Assembly (NCBI GenBank): GCA_964442255.1
Contig: CAYTYC010000003.1
Span: 7,423 to 71,422, forward strand
Direction of reading: 5' to 3'
From: an uncultured archaeon
GTDB lineage: Archaea > Iainarchaeota > Iainarchaeia > Iainarchaeales > 1-14-0-10-31-34
DNA length: 64,000 nt
The notes under the pieces are model-generated. The model was not told the origin of the DNA and searched no databases. It was given only the letters and a program-made list of their open reading frames with translations. Below, piece by piece: positions 9,513 to 19,359 of this stretch. Made by a program: the position numbers and the translations under genes. Position 1 is the first letter of the stretch; every line of letters starts with the position of its first letter.

Positions 9513-11050
9513 AGCAAAAAGAAAAATTTGATTTGGTGGTGACAGGGTCGGGGCTGGCTGGGCTGACCGCGGCATATTACGCAAGCAAGAACAGGAACAA
9601 AAGCATTGCTGTTTTAACCAAACTGGAGAAGCCGAATTTCAGCTCCTATTTTGCGCAGGGCGGAATAGCTGTATCGCTGGGAAAAAAGGATTCGGCTGAA
9701 AAGCATTTCCGGGACACGGTGAAGGCTGGCTGCGGATTAAACAACAGGCAGGCAGTAAGTGTTTTGGTCAGGGAGGGAAGGAAAAGGGTTAAGGAGTTAA
9801 TGGGGCTGGGGCTGGAGTTTGATTCCAACGGGAAAGGAAAGCCTGTTTTCGGAAGGGAAGGCGCGCACTCGCTGAACAGGGTTCTCCACATTGGCGGGGA
9901 CTCAACCGGGAGAGGGCTGAGCAAGTTTGTTGCGGGGCTTGTGAAAGAAAGGAAAAACGTGCACTTTTTCCGTAAACACTTTTTATTGGAATTGGCTGTG
10001 AAAGGAAACCGCTGTCACGGTGCTTTCGCGCAAAGCCCCATGGGAGTGAAGTTTTTTGAATCAAATGCTGTTGTTCTTGCGGCAGGGGGCTTTGCTTCCC
10101 TTTACTCGAAAACAACCAACCCCGCGGGAACCGTGGGTCAGGGCATTACCGCGGCACACAGGGCCGGCGCTGAACTCATGGACCTGGAGTTCGTGCAGTT
10201 CCATCCCACGACCTACCCGACAAAGGGCGAAAGGAATTTTCTGCTTTCCGAGGCAATGCGGGGGGAAGGCGCAAAAATCGTGAACGGAAAAGGGGAAAGG
10301 TTTTTGGGCAGAATTGATTCCCGGGAGGAACTGGCGCCAAGGGATATTGTAAGCAAAGCAATTCATTTGGAGATTCAAAAAGGGGAAAAAGTTTTTTTGG
10401 ACTGCACGCATTTGGGAAAAGAGTTTTTGAGGAAAAGGTTTCCCACAATCTACCGGAGAACAAAAGAGCACGGAACGGATTTAAGCAAAAAGCCCGTGGA
10501 AATAGGGCCCGCCGCGCACTTCACAATGGGGGGAGTGAAAACGGGTTTGGATTCCTTAAGCAGCGTAAGCAGGCTTTACGCGTGCGGGGAATGCTCGTGC
10601 AACGGCGTGCACGGCGCGAACCGCTTAGCCTCCAATTCACTGCTTGACGCGGTTGTGTTCGGCGCAAGGGCAGGGGAAAATGCGGTGAAAGAAAGGAAAG
10701 CCAACGGCCTTTCGCCGGAAAAAGTCCCCGAAGCAGGGGAAAGCGAAAAAAACGAGGAAAAAAAAGAGGTAAAAGAAATTTTATGGAGCTGTTGCGGGAT
10801 TGTGAGAAACAGGGGAGGGCTGCTGAAGGGACTGAATGAATTGAAGAAAATGGAGTTAAAGGCGGGAAAGAAAAGGCTTTCCTTTTTCCCGAGGCTGAAA
10901 AGCGAAATCGAATTGGGGAAGCTGGTGCTGGGCTCCGCGCTTGCACGGGAGGAAAGCAGGGGCGCGCATTTCAGGGAAGATTTCCCGAAAAAACGCGCGG
11001 AATGGAGAAATCACTCGGTTTTAAAAGGGAGTTTGGGGGCAAAATCTTAA
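9509..11050 (+). CDS. nadB: L-aspartate oxidase
   Basis: GSGLAG, AQGGIA, EGAHS, QFHPT, HGANRLASNSL and EESRGAH motifs; next to nadA. Confidence 0.95.
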   Translation: MKQKEKFDLVVTGSGLAGLTAAYYASKNRNKSIAVLTKLEKPNFSSYFAQGGIAVSLGKKDSAEKHFRDTVKAGCGLNNRQAVSVLVREGRKRVKELMGLGLEFDSNGKGKPVFGREGAHSLNRVLHIGGDSTGRGLSKFVAGLVKERKNVHFFRKHFLLELAVKGNRCHGAFAQSPMGVKFFESNAVVLAAGGFASLYSKTTNPAGTVGQGITAAHRAGAELMDLEFVQFHPTTYPTKGERNFLLSEAMRGEGAKIVNGKGERFLGRIDSREELAPRDIVSKAIHLEIQKGEKVFLDCTHLGKEFLRKRFPTIYRRTKEHGTDLSKKPVEIGPAAHFTMGGVKTGLDSLSSVSRLYACGECSCNGVHGANRLASNSLLDAVVFGARAGENAVKERKANGLSPEKVPEAGESEKNEEKKEVKEILWSCCGIVRNRGGLLKGLNELKKMELKAGKKRLSFFPRLKSEIELGKLVLGSALAREESRGAHFREDFPKKRAEWRNHSVLKGSLGAKS

Positions 11051-11051
11051 A

Positions 11052-11969
11052 ATGCCTTTAAGCGAAGTGCAGGAAAAAATCCTGCGGCTGAAAAAGGAAA
11101 AAAACGCGTTAATCCTTGCGCACAACTACCAGGGCAGGGAAGTGCAGGAAATCGCGGACTTTGCCGGGGACAGCCTGGAGCTGGCGAAAAAGGCGCGGGA
11201 TTTTAAGGAAAAAATTGTGGTGTTCTGCGGGGTTGACTTCATGGCGGAAACCACGAAAATTTTGAGCCCGGAAAAAAAGGTTTTAATGCCTTCCCCGGGC
11301 GCAAAATGCCCGCTCGCAAAGCAGTTGAGCGCAGAGCAGCTGAAGGAAGCGCAGGAAAGGTTTCCGGAAGCGAAAACCGTTTTATACGTTAATTCAGGCG
11401 CGGAAACAAAGGCGCTTGCGGATTCCTGTTGCACTTCCGCAAACGCGGAAAAAATAGTTAACGCAATGGATTCTGAAACAGTTTTGTTCGGCCCGGACCA
11501 CAACCTCGCTTATTACGTGCAGAAAAGGAGCGGAAAAAAAATTGTTCCTGTTCCGGAGGACGGAATCTGCCCCACGCACCACTTCATTTCCGAAGACGAG
11601 GTTTTAGAGCAGAAACGGCTGCATCCCAAAGCAAAGATAATTGCGCACCCTGAATGCGTTCCGGAAGTGCAGGCGGAAGCGGACTTCATTGCCTCAACCT
11701 CGGGAATGGTTAAAATTGCGAAGGAAAACCCTGCAGCGGAATTCATTGTCGCGACAGAGAAAAACATGCTCATAAGGCTGGAGAGGGAAGCTCCTGGAAA
11801 AACTTTTTATCCCGCTTCAGGGCATGCAATTTGCCCCACCATGCGGATGATCACAATTGAAAAGGTTTTGGAGTCGCTGGAAGAAGAGAAGTTTGAAGTG
11901 GAAGTGGACGGAAAGATTTCAGGGAAAGCAAGAAAAGCAATTGAGAAAATGTTTGAATTGACCGTTTGA
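11052..11969 (+). CDS. nadA: quinolinate synthase
   Basis: LAHNYQ, FCGVDFMAE, YVNS, CTSANA and AHPEC motifs. Confidence 0.96.
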   Translation: MPLSEVQEKILRLKKEKNALILAHNYQGREVQEIADFAGDSLELAKKARDFKEKIVVFCGVDFMAETTKILSPEKKVLMPSPGAKCPLAKQLSAEQLKEAQERFPEAKTVLYVNSGAETKALADSCCTSANAEKIVNAMDSETVLFGPDHNLAYYVQKRSGKKIVPVPEDGICPTHHFISEDEVLEQKRLHPKAKIIAHPECVPEVQAEADFIASTSGMVKIAKENPAAEFIVATEKNMLIRLEREAPGKTFYPASGHAICPTMRMITIEKVLESLEEEKFEVEVDGKISGKARKAIEKMFELTV

Positions 11970-12003
11970 TTTAAAGCCCTTTCCGAACCTGAATCCTTTT
12001 TTA

Positions 12004-13077
12004 ATGAAAAAAGGTTTTCCTGCTCGGCTGATTCTTGAGGACGGCACTGTTTTTTCCGGCAAAAGCTTTGGGTTTAATTCCTCCAGCGCAGGGGAAGCAG
12101 TATTCAACACAGGGATGGTCGGCTACCCTGAAAGTTTAACTGACCCTTCCTACTGCGGGCAGATTCTTGTTTTCACGTATCCGCTGATTGGAAACTACGG
12201 GGTTCCGGGAAAGAAAAAAGAGTTTGGGTTAAGCAAGTTTTTTGAATCGGAAAGAATTCAGGTGAAAGGGCTTGTGGTTGCGGATTATTCACAGGAATGG
12301 AGCCACTGGAATTCGGAAAAAAGTTTGGGGGACTGGCTGAAGGAAGAAAAAGTTCCCGCAATAAGCGGAGTGGACACACGGGCTCTGACCAAAAGGCTGC
12401 GGGAAAAAGGCACAATGCTTGGAAAAATTGTTTTGGGAAAAGATGTGGAATTTTTTGACCCGAATAAAGTTAATTTGGTGCAGGAAGTAAGCGGAAAAAA
12501 AGTTTTGGAGCATGGAAAGGGAAGGAAAAAAATTGCCGTGGTGGACTGCGGTGTTAAGAACAATATCATCAGGAGTTTGGTGAACCGGAAAGTGAAGGTT
12601 TACAGGGTTCCATGGAACTGTGATTTGGTGAAAAGCGGGCTGGATTTTGACGGGGTTGTTTTAAGCAACGGCCCGGGAAACCCAAAGCAATGCAGGGAAA
12701 CGATTGAGAACGTAAAGAAACTGCTTAAGGAAGAAATTCCAATTTTTGGAATCTGCTTGGGAAACCAGATTCTTGCATTGGCTGCAGGCGCGAACACATT
12801 TAAATTGAAATACGGGCACCGCGGGCAGAACCAGCCATGCGAAGAGCTGGACAGCGGAAAGTGCTTTATTACAGCGCAAAACCATGGTTACGCGATTAAA
12901 GGAAGCTCCATGGGGAGGGGCTGGGGGGAATGGTTCAAAAACCTGAATGACGGCACAAACGAAGGCATAAAGCACAGGGTAAAGCCCTTTTACTCCGTGC
13001 AATTCCACCCTGAATTTAATCCAGGGCCTACAGATACGGGTTTCCTGTTTGATAAGTTTTTGAGGGAGGTGAAATAG
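12004..13077 (+). CDS. carA: carbamoyl-phosphate synthase small subunit
   Basis: FNTGMVGYPESLTDPSY, SNGPGNP, GICLGNQ and QFHPE motifs. Confidence 0.96.
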   Translation: MKKGFPARLILEDGTVFSGKSFGFNSSSAGEAVFNTGMVGYPESLTDPSYCGQILVFTYPLIGNYGVPGKKKEFGLSKFFESERIQVKGLVVADYSQEWSHWNSEKSLGDWLKEEKVPAISGVDTRALTKRLREKGTMLGKIVLGKDVEFFDPNKVNLVQEVSGKKVLEHGKGRKKIAVVDCGVKNNIIRSLVNRKVKVYRVPWNCDLVKSGLDFDGVVLSNGPGNPKQCRETIENVKKLLKEEIPIFGICLGNQILALAAGANTFKLKYGHRGQNQPCEELDSGKCFITAQNHGYAIKGSSMGRGWGEWFKNLNDGTNEGIKHRVKPFYSVQFHPEFNPGPTDTGFLFDKFLREVK

Positions 13078-13080
13078 CTT

Positions 13081-16000
13081 GTGGCAAGGAAAGTACTGCT
13101 TTTAGGAAGCTCTGCCCTGAAAATCGGGGAAGCAGGTGAAAGTTCTTTAAAGTCCTGAAAAGGGCTTAAGGGCCGCCTATTCGACTACTCCGGTTCCCAG
13201 GCAATCAAAGCGCTCAAGGAAGAGGGAATTAAAGTTGTGGTGGTGAACCCGAACATTGCGACAGTGCAGACATCCAAAGGCCTTGCGGACAAGGTGTACT
13301 TTCTTCCAGTGAACGGTTTCTTTGTTGAAAAGGTCATCAAAAAAGAAAAGCCAAACGGAATTCTCCTCGGTTTTGGGGGGCAGACCGCATTGAACTGCGG
13401 GCTGGAGTTATGGAAAAAAGGAATACTAAAGAAATACAAGGTAAGGGTTTACGGAACACCGGTTGAGTCAATCAAAAAAACAGAGGACCGGGAACTGTTC
13501 AAAAAAGAGCTGGAAAAAATCGGGGTAAAGGTTCCGAGTAGTGTTGCGGCCAAGAGCGTTGGAAAGGCGCTGGGCGCAGGAAGGAAATTGGGGTTTCCCT
13601 TAATTTTAAGGAGCGGCTTTTCTTTGGGCGGGCAGGGCTCGGGAATTGTGTGGAATGAACCGCAGCTTAAAGAAAAGGCAAGGCTTGCGTTAAGTTCTGC
13701 TCACCAGATTTTGATTGAAGAGTATCTGAAGGGCTGGAAGGAAATAGAGTACGAGGTTGTAAGGGACAAAAAAGGAAATTGTGTAACCGTCTGCAACATG
13801 GAAAACGTTGACCCCATGGGCGTCCACACCGGCGAAAGCATTGTGGTTGCGCCCTCGCAAACCCTGAGCAATGCGGAGTATCACCTGCTCAGGGAAATTT
13901 CCATTAAGGTTGTGAAGCATCTGCGCATAGTCGGGGAATGCAATGTGCAGTTTGCGTTAAACCCAAAGTCATTGGAGTACCGGGTAATTGAGGTAAACGC
14001 GAGGCTTAGCCGGAGCTCGGCGCTTGCATCCAAGGCAACAGGCTATCCTTTGGCGTTCATTGCAGCAAAGCTTGCGCTCGGGAAAACCCTGAATGAATTA
14101 AGGAATTCCATCACCAAAAAAACTTCCGCGTTCTTTGAGCCCTCGCTTGATTACGTTGTGGTAAAGATTCCAAAATGGGATTTGCAGAAATTCAGGAAGG
14201 TTTCATTCGAGATTGGAAGCGAAATGAAAAGCGTTGGGGAAGTGATGGCAATCGGCAGAAGCTTTGAGGAAGCACTGCAAAAAGGAATCCGGATGCTTGG
14301 AAACGGCTTGAATGGATTGACAGGAAACAGGCTTGAGCTGGAAAACGGGCCGGAGAAAGGGATCAAAACCCCGAACGACAAAAGGCTTTTTTACATCGGG
14401 AAGGCGCTGGAAAAGGGGAAAAGCGTGGAAAAAATCCATAAAATGAGTTTCATTGACAAATGGTTTTTGTTCAAAATGAAAAACATTGTGGAAACAGCGA
14501 AAAAGTTAAGAAAGGAAAAAATTGAGAGAAGTTTGTTAAGGAAAGCAAAAGAACAGGGGTTCAGCGACAAACAAATTGGGGCATTGGCCGGATGGGAAGA
14601 GGAAAGGGTAAGGGAAAAAAGGAAAAAGCTTGGAATTGTTCCGGTTGTGAAGCAGATTGACACCCTGTCGGCAGAATTTCCGGCTAAAACAAATTACCTT
14701 TATTCAACTTACAATGGCTCAGAAGATGATGTAGGGAGGGTGGGAAAGAAAACGGCAATGGTTCTCGGCTCCGGGGCGTACAGCATTGGCTCAAGCGTGG
14801 AATTTGACTGGTGCTGCGTTAATGCAGTGAAAACAGCCAGGCGTTTAGGGTATAAGACAGTGATGGTGAACTTCAACCCTGAAACAGTTTCCACTGATTT
14901 CGATGAATGCGATTCCCTGTACTTTGAGGAATTAAGCATGGAAAGGGTCAGGGACATTTACGGGAAAGAGCGGCCCATCGGAATAATCCTTTCGGTTGGC
15001 GGGCAGATTCCGAACACTTTGGCGGTTGAATGCAAAAAGCACGGGCTAAGGGTTTTGGGGACTTCCGCGGAAGACATTGACAGGGCTGAGGACAGGCACA
15101 AATTCAGCGCGCTTCTGGATAAGCTGGGGGTTGACCAGCCGGAATGGGTTGAGGCACGGAATCTGAAGGAGGCGCTGGAATTCAGTGAAAAAGTCGGCTA
15201 CCCTGTTTTGGTGCGGCCATCCTATGTGCTGAGCGGAAGCGCAATGAACATTGCATTCAATTCACGGAACCTTAAAAGCTATCTGAAAAAAGCGACTTCA
15301 CTGAGCAGGGAGCGCCCTGTTGTTGTGTCAAAATTCATTGAAGGCGCAAAGGAAATAGAGATTGACGCGGTGGCTGAAAAAGGAAAAATGCTTTTGTGGG
15401 CAATCACTGAGCACGTGGAAAATGCGGGCGTGCATTCGGGGGACGCGACAATGGTTTTGCCTGCGCAAAAGCTTTACATTGAAACAATGCGAAGGGTGAA
15501 GGAGATTTCAAGGGAAGTCTCAGCAGCACTGCACATAAACGGCCCCTTCAACATCCAGTTCATTGCGAAAAGCAATGAAATCAAGGTAATTGAATGCAAT
15601 TTGCGTTCTTCCAGAAGCTTTCCTTTTGTTTCAAAGGTTTTTGGGGTTAACTTCATTGAATTTGCAACAAAGGCAATGCTCGGGGAAAAAGTGAAGGAGC
15701 CAGGCAAAAGCGTTTTGGAGCATGACTGTGTGGGGGTGAAGGCGCCGCAGTTCTCCTTCTCAAGGCTGAAGGGAGCGGACCCGGTGCTTGGGGTGGAAAT
15801 GGCGTCAACCGGGGAAGTTGGGTGCCTTGGTTCTGGCTTGAATGACGCTTTCCTGAAATCCATTATTTCAACGGGGTTCTCGCTTCCGAAAAAAAAAGTG
15901 CTTTTAAGCATCGGGGGCGAGGAAAACAGGTACGAACTTCTCCCCGCAATACGGAAACTAAAAGAAAAGGGCTTTGAATTGTTTGCCACACAGCACACCT

Positions 16001-16296
16001 CGCTTTTCCTAAAGGAACAGGGAATTGAAAACACCCTGGTTTTCAAGCTGCATGAACTGAAAAAGCCGAACGCAAGGGAACTGATTGAAAAACGGGGGGC
16101 GGAGCTTGTGGTGTGCGTGCAGGACAAGTTTTACCAGGAAGCCATTGAAGACGAGTACCTGCTCAGGAGGCTTGCCGTGGATTACGGGATTCCGTTAATT
16201 ACGAACAGGCAGCTCGCTAAGCTGTTCATCAACGCGGTTTTGGAGAAAAAGCAGGGGCAGCTGGAAATCAAAAGCTGGAATGAATACATAAGCTGA
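13081..16296 (+). CDS. carB: carbamoyl-phosphate synthase large subunit, join(13081-13140,13180-16296), 1058 aa after intron removal
   Basis: SD GGAGGTGA at 13065-13072 and GTG start. Exon 1 MARKVLLLGSSALKIGEAGE joins exon 2 FDYSGSQAIKALKEEG, restoring the conserved CarB N-terminus. Two ATP-grasp domains and an MGS domain follow. Confidence 0.93.
13141..13179 (+). other. putative bulge-helix-bulge intron in carB mRNA (39 nt)
   Basis: Central helix GGUG/CGCC, bulges AA|A and UA|U, internal stem with a GAAA tetraloop, in-frame UGA. Confidence 0.88.
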
Positions 16297-16351
16297 GGCA
16301 AGATAATCCTTTTTTAAATCTTTCATGTTTTAATCCTAAAAAGGTGCGAAA

Positions 16352-18346
16352 ATGGAAATGCTTTTTTACGGAATGATTGCCGCGTTGGTGGCGCTGGTTT
16401 TCGCGTTCCTTCTGAAATGGGGCATTGACAGGAAGCCGGCGGGAAACGAAAAAATGCGGGAGATAGCGAAAAACATTTCAGACGGGGCAATGGTTTTCCT
16501 TATGCGGGAATACAAGTACCTGTTTGTGTATGTCGTGGTTGTAGCAATTGTATTGTATTTGATTAATTTCGCGGTTCCATTGAACGCGATTCTCACCGCT
16601 GTTTCATTCATCCTTGGGGCGGTTGTTTCCGCGCTTGCCGGACTGATTGGAATGAAGACCGCAACCAAGGCGAATGTAAGGACAGCGGAGGCCGCAAGGA
16701 AAGGCATTACGGAAGCGTTAAAGGTTGCGTTCAGTTCCGGCGCAGTAATGGGCTTAAGCGTCGTGGGGTTGGGGCTTTTTGGAATCAGTTTGCTTTCATA
16801 TGTTTTCATTTATTCTTTTGGGTTTGCCGACCCCACTTCCCTTATTTTTGGCTTCAGTTTCGGGGCTTCCAGCATTGCATTGTTTGCGAGGGTTGGGGGC
16901 GGAATTTACACAAAGGCTGCGGACGTTGGCGCTGACTTGGTTGGAAAGGTTGAGGCAGGCATTCCTGAAGATGACCCAAGAAATCCTGCAGTTATTGCGG
17001 ACAATGTCGGGGACAATGTGGGGGACGTTGCGGGAATGGGCGCTGACCTGTTTGAAAGCTATGTTGGAAGCATTATTGCGGCAATGGCTTTGGGCTTCAT
17101 TGCGTTAGGCGCAATTGGGCTTAACATTCCAATCCTTATTGCGGGGGTTGGAATAATTTCTTCCCTGATTGGAATCGCATTTGTGAATCTGGGAAAAGGC
17201 GAAAACGCGAGGGTTGCAATGCGGAACGGAACCATTCTTGCGGCGGCGTTAATGGTTATTGGGGCATATTTTTTGGTTGTGGACTTTTTGGGCGCTTCGC
17301 TGGGAATTTTTCTGGCCGTATTGGTTGGGGTGGTTTCCGGAATCCTTATCGGCTATCTCACTGAATACTTCACTTCATACGATTATTATCCCACAAAACA
17401 GGTCGCAAAAGCGTCTGAAACAGGGTCAGCAACAAACATTCTTGCGGGAATCAGCCTCGGAAACCAAAGCACTGCCTTGCCTATTTTCGTGATTGCTGTC
17501 GCGATTTTCCTTGCATACCATTTCGGGGGATTGTTTGGGATTGCGCTTGCGGGGGTTGGAATGCTGAGCACTCTGGGAATTACTTTGGCTGTTGACGCTT
17601 ACGGCCCGGTTGCGGATAACGCAGGCGGAATAACTGAAATGTCAAAACTTGGGAAAGAGGTGAGGGAAAGGACAGACGCACTGGATTCGGTTGGAAACAC
17701 TACCGCTGCAATGGGAAAAGGCTTTGCGATTGGCTCGGCCGCCTTAACCGCGCTTGCATTGTTTGCCACTTACACAGTTATTGCCGGGATTGAAATAGTC
17801 AATTTAATTGAGCCAAAAGTTATTGCGGGACTGCTTTTAGGCGCAATGCTCCCATTCTTATTCAGTTCATTCGCAATCCAGGCCGTTGGAAAGGCGGCAG
17901 GTGAAATGATTGAAGAAGTGAGAAGGCAGTGGAAGGAAATCCCGGGGTTAATGCAGGGAAAAGCCGAAGCAGACTATAAAAGGTGCGTGGACATCAGCAC
18001 CAATGCCGCGATCAAAAGGATGATTGCGCCCGCATTGCTTGCGATTCTTTCGCCTATTGCCCTTGGCCTGGTTTTGGGCCCGGAAGCGGTTGCCGGGCTT
18101 TTGGCAGGTGCGCTGGTTAGCGGGGTGGCGCTGGCGATAATGATGGCAAATTCGGGGGGAGCGTGGGACAACGCAAAAAAGTATATTGAAAAAGGTTTTT
18201 TGGGCGGAAAAGGTTCCCCGGCGCACAAGGCGGCGGTTGTTGGAGATACTGTAGGGGATCCCATGAAGGACACTTCAGGGCCCTCAATCAACATCCTGAT
18301 AAAATTGATGTCAATTGTGGCAGTGATCTTTGCAGCATTATTTTAG
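16352..18346 (+). CDS. hppA: membrane ion-translocating pyrophosphatase, K+-dependent and probably Na+-pumping
   Basis: GGGIYTKAADVGADLVGK, DNVGDNVGD, GNTTAA (K+-dependent signature), DLFESY and GDTVGDPMKD motifs. Confidence 0.95.
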   Translation: MEMLFYGMIAALVALVFAFLLKWGIDRKPAGNEKMREIAKNISDGAMVFLMREYKYLFVYVVVVAIVLYLINFAVPLNAILTAVSFILGAVVSALAGLIGMKTATKANVRTAEAARKGITEALKVAFSSGAVMGLSVVGLGLFGISLLSYVFIYSFGFADPTSLIFGFSFGASSIALFARVGGGIYTKAADVGADLVGKVEAGIPEDDPRNPAVIADNVGDNVGDVAGMGADLFESYVGSIIAAMALGFIALGAIGLNIPILIAGVGIISSLIGIAFVNLGKGENARVAMRNGTILAAALMVIGAYFLVVDFLGASLGIFLAVLVGVVSGILIGYLTEYFTSYDYYPTKQVAKASETGSATNILAGISLGNQSTALPIFVIAVAIFLAYHFGGLFGIALAGVGMLSTLGITLAVDAYGPVADNAGGITEMSKLGKEVRERTDALDSVGNTTAAMGKGFAIGSAALTALALFATYTVIAGIEIVNLIEPKVIAGLLLGAMLPFLFSSFAIQAVGKAAGEMIEEVRRQWKEIPGLMQGKAEADYKRCVDISTNAAIKRMIAPALLAILSPIALGLVLGPEAVAGLLAGALVSGVALAIMMANSGGAWDNAKKYIEKGFLGGKGSPAHKAAVVGDTVGDPMKDTSGPSINILIKLMSIVAVIFAALF

Positions 18347-18401
18347 GGGCGTTGGTTCTTAGGCAATCCGCCTTTGAAAGCAAAATAAATAAAAACTTAA
18401 T

Positions 18402-18485
18402 TTGAAAGATTCATTAGGGCTAAGGTTTAATATCCCGATTAAGTTGATGAGCATTGTTGCGCTGGTTTTTGCGGCGCTGTTTTAA
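18402..18485 (+). pseudogene. divergent duplicate of the last 27 codons and stop of hppA
   Basis: Translates LKDSLGLRFNIPIKLMSIVALVFAALF* versus hppA MKDTSGPSINILIKLMSIVAVIFAALF*. Confidence 0.85.
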
Positions 18486-18923
18486 TTATTCTTTCACTGA
18501 AGAAAAAGACGCGCAGGAAAGGGTTGCGGAAACGCCTTCAATTGCGCGGATTTTTTCAATGACAAGCTCCCCAATTTCCTTCAGGTCTTTTGCGCGAACC
18601 TTCACAAGGATGTCCCATTCGCCGGAAATCATGTGAACTTCAAAAACAGGGGAAAGCTTTGCGATTTTTTGCGCAACCGTTTTCTGCGGAATTTCTTTTA
18701 GCGGGGCATACTTTACCAAAATAAATGCTGTGGCGGGTTTTCCAAGTTTTGCGTAATCCGGCTGGACAGTGTATTTTTGTATTAACTTTTCTTTCTCCAT
18801 TTTCTTTAACCTGTCGAAAACCGTTGTGCGCGGAAGCCTGGTTTTGCGGGCAATTTCCTTTATAGAGGCGCGGGAGTTTTTTTCCAGCTCCTCCAAAATC
18901 TGAAAGTCCTTTGAATCAGCCAT
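18486..18923 (-). CDS. Lrp/AsnC family transcriptional regulator
   Basis: DxKDFQILEELEKNSRAS HTH start and VHMISGEWDILVKV effector domain. Confidence 0.93.
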   Translation of the reverse strand: MADSKDFQILEELEKNSRASIKEIARKTRLPRTTVFDRLKKMEKEKLIQKYTVQPDYAKLGKPATAFILVKYAPLKEIPQKTVAQKIAKLSPVFEVHMISGEWDILVKVRAKDLKEIGELVIEKIRAIEGVSATLSCASFSSVKE

Positions 18924-18930
18924 GCATTAA

Positions 18931-18989
18931 TTATCCGGAAAAACTATTAAAAACCATCACTTTTACGGATTTTATCCGGATTATCCGTC
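18931..18989. promoter_or_regulatory. repeated TTATCCG motifs in the divergent lrp/tRNA-Asn promoter
   Basis: TTATCCGGA at 18931 and 18972, TTATCCGTC at 18981, inverted ACGGAT at 18965. Confidence 0.5.
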
Positions 18990-19026
18990 AAAAGTATTAA
19001 ATTTCAAGGAAGGGGAAGTATTTGAG

Positions 19027-19358
19027 AGGCGGGTAGTCCAATTGGCCAGGATGCCGGGCTGTTGAAATCAGAACCTGCGGTTCCGTAGAAGGCGGGGGAT
19101 TTTTTGCTCAAGCTTTTTTTGAAAANNNNNNNNNNTTGCATGCGGTCCGGTAGACTTTGCCCGCCAGGCCGATTTCCTCCACCCGGCCGATTCGGACGCC
19201 GCGAAACTTAAAGGATGAACCCACTTCCAGACCTTGAACGGAATCTTCAAAATAGGTTTCGATCATGGCTGTTTTTTGAAAAAGCTTGCCCGATGCCTCC
19301 CTTAAGTTTCAGGGAATACAGTAACCCGGTGATGGGAGTTCGAGTCTCTCCCCGCCAG
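19027..19358 (+). tRNA. tRNA-Asn(GUU) with a long anticodon-loop intron (~259 nt including a 10-N gap)
   Basis: 5' half AGGCGGG-TA-GTCC..GGAT-G-CCGGG-CTGTT; 3' half CCCGG-TGAT-GGGAG-TTCGAGT-CTCTC-CCCGCCA-G; the stems pair across the gap. Confidence 0.85.
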
Positions 19359-19359
19359 T

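Noticed and set aside
13156..13158. UGA readthrough or selenocysteine in carB
   Set aside because: Readthrough would insert 13 residues into the conserved GEFDYSG motif; the BHB boundaries explain the insert exactly.
13237..16296. carB starting at GTG 13237 as in the ORF track
   Set aside because: This omits about 39 conserved N-terminal residues and ignores the SD and start at 13081.
18402..18485. DGR template repeat for hppA
   Set aside because: Differences are not confined to adenines, and no reverse transcriptase is present in the window.
19063..19321. Firm call of a group I intron
   Set aside because: No U-G pair in a P1 helix and no recognisable P3/P7 core; kept only as an alternative.
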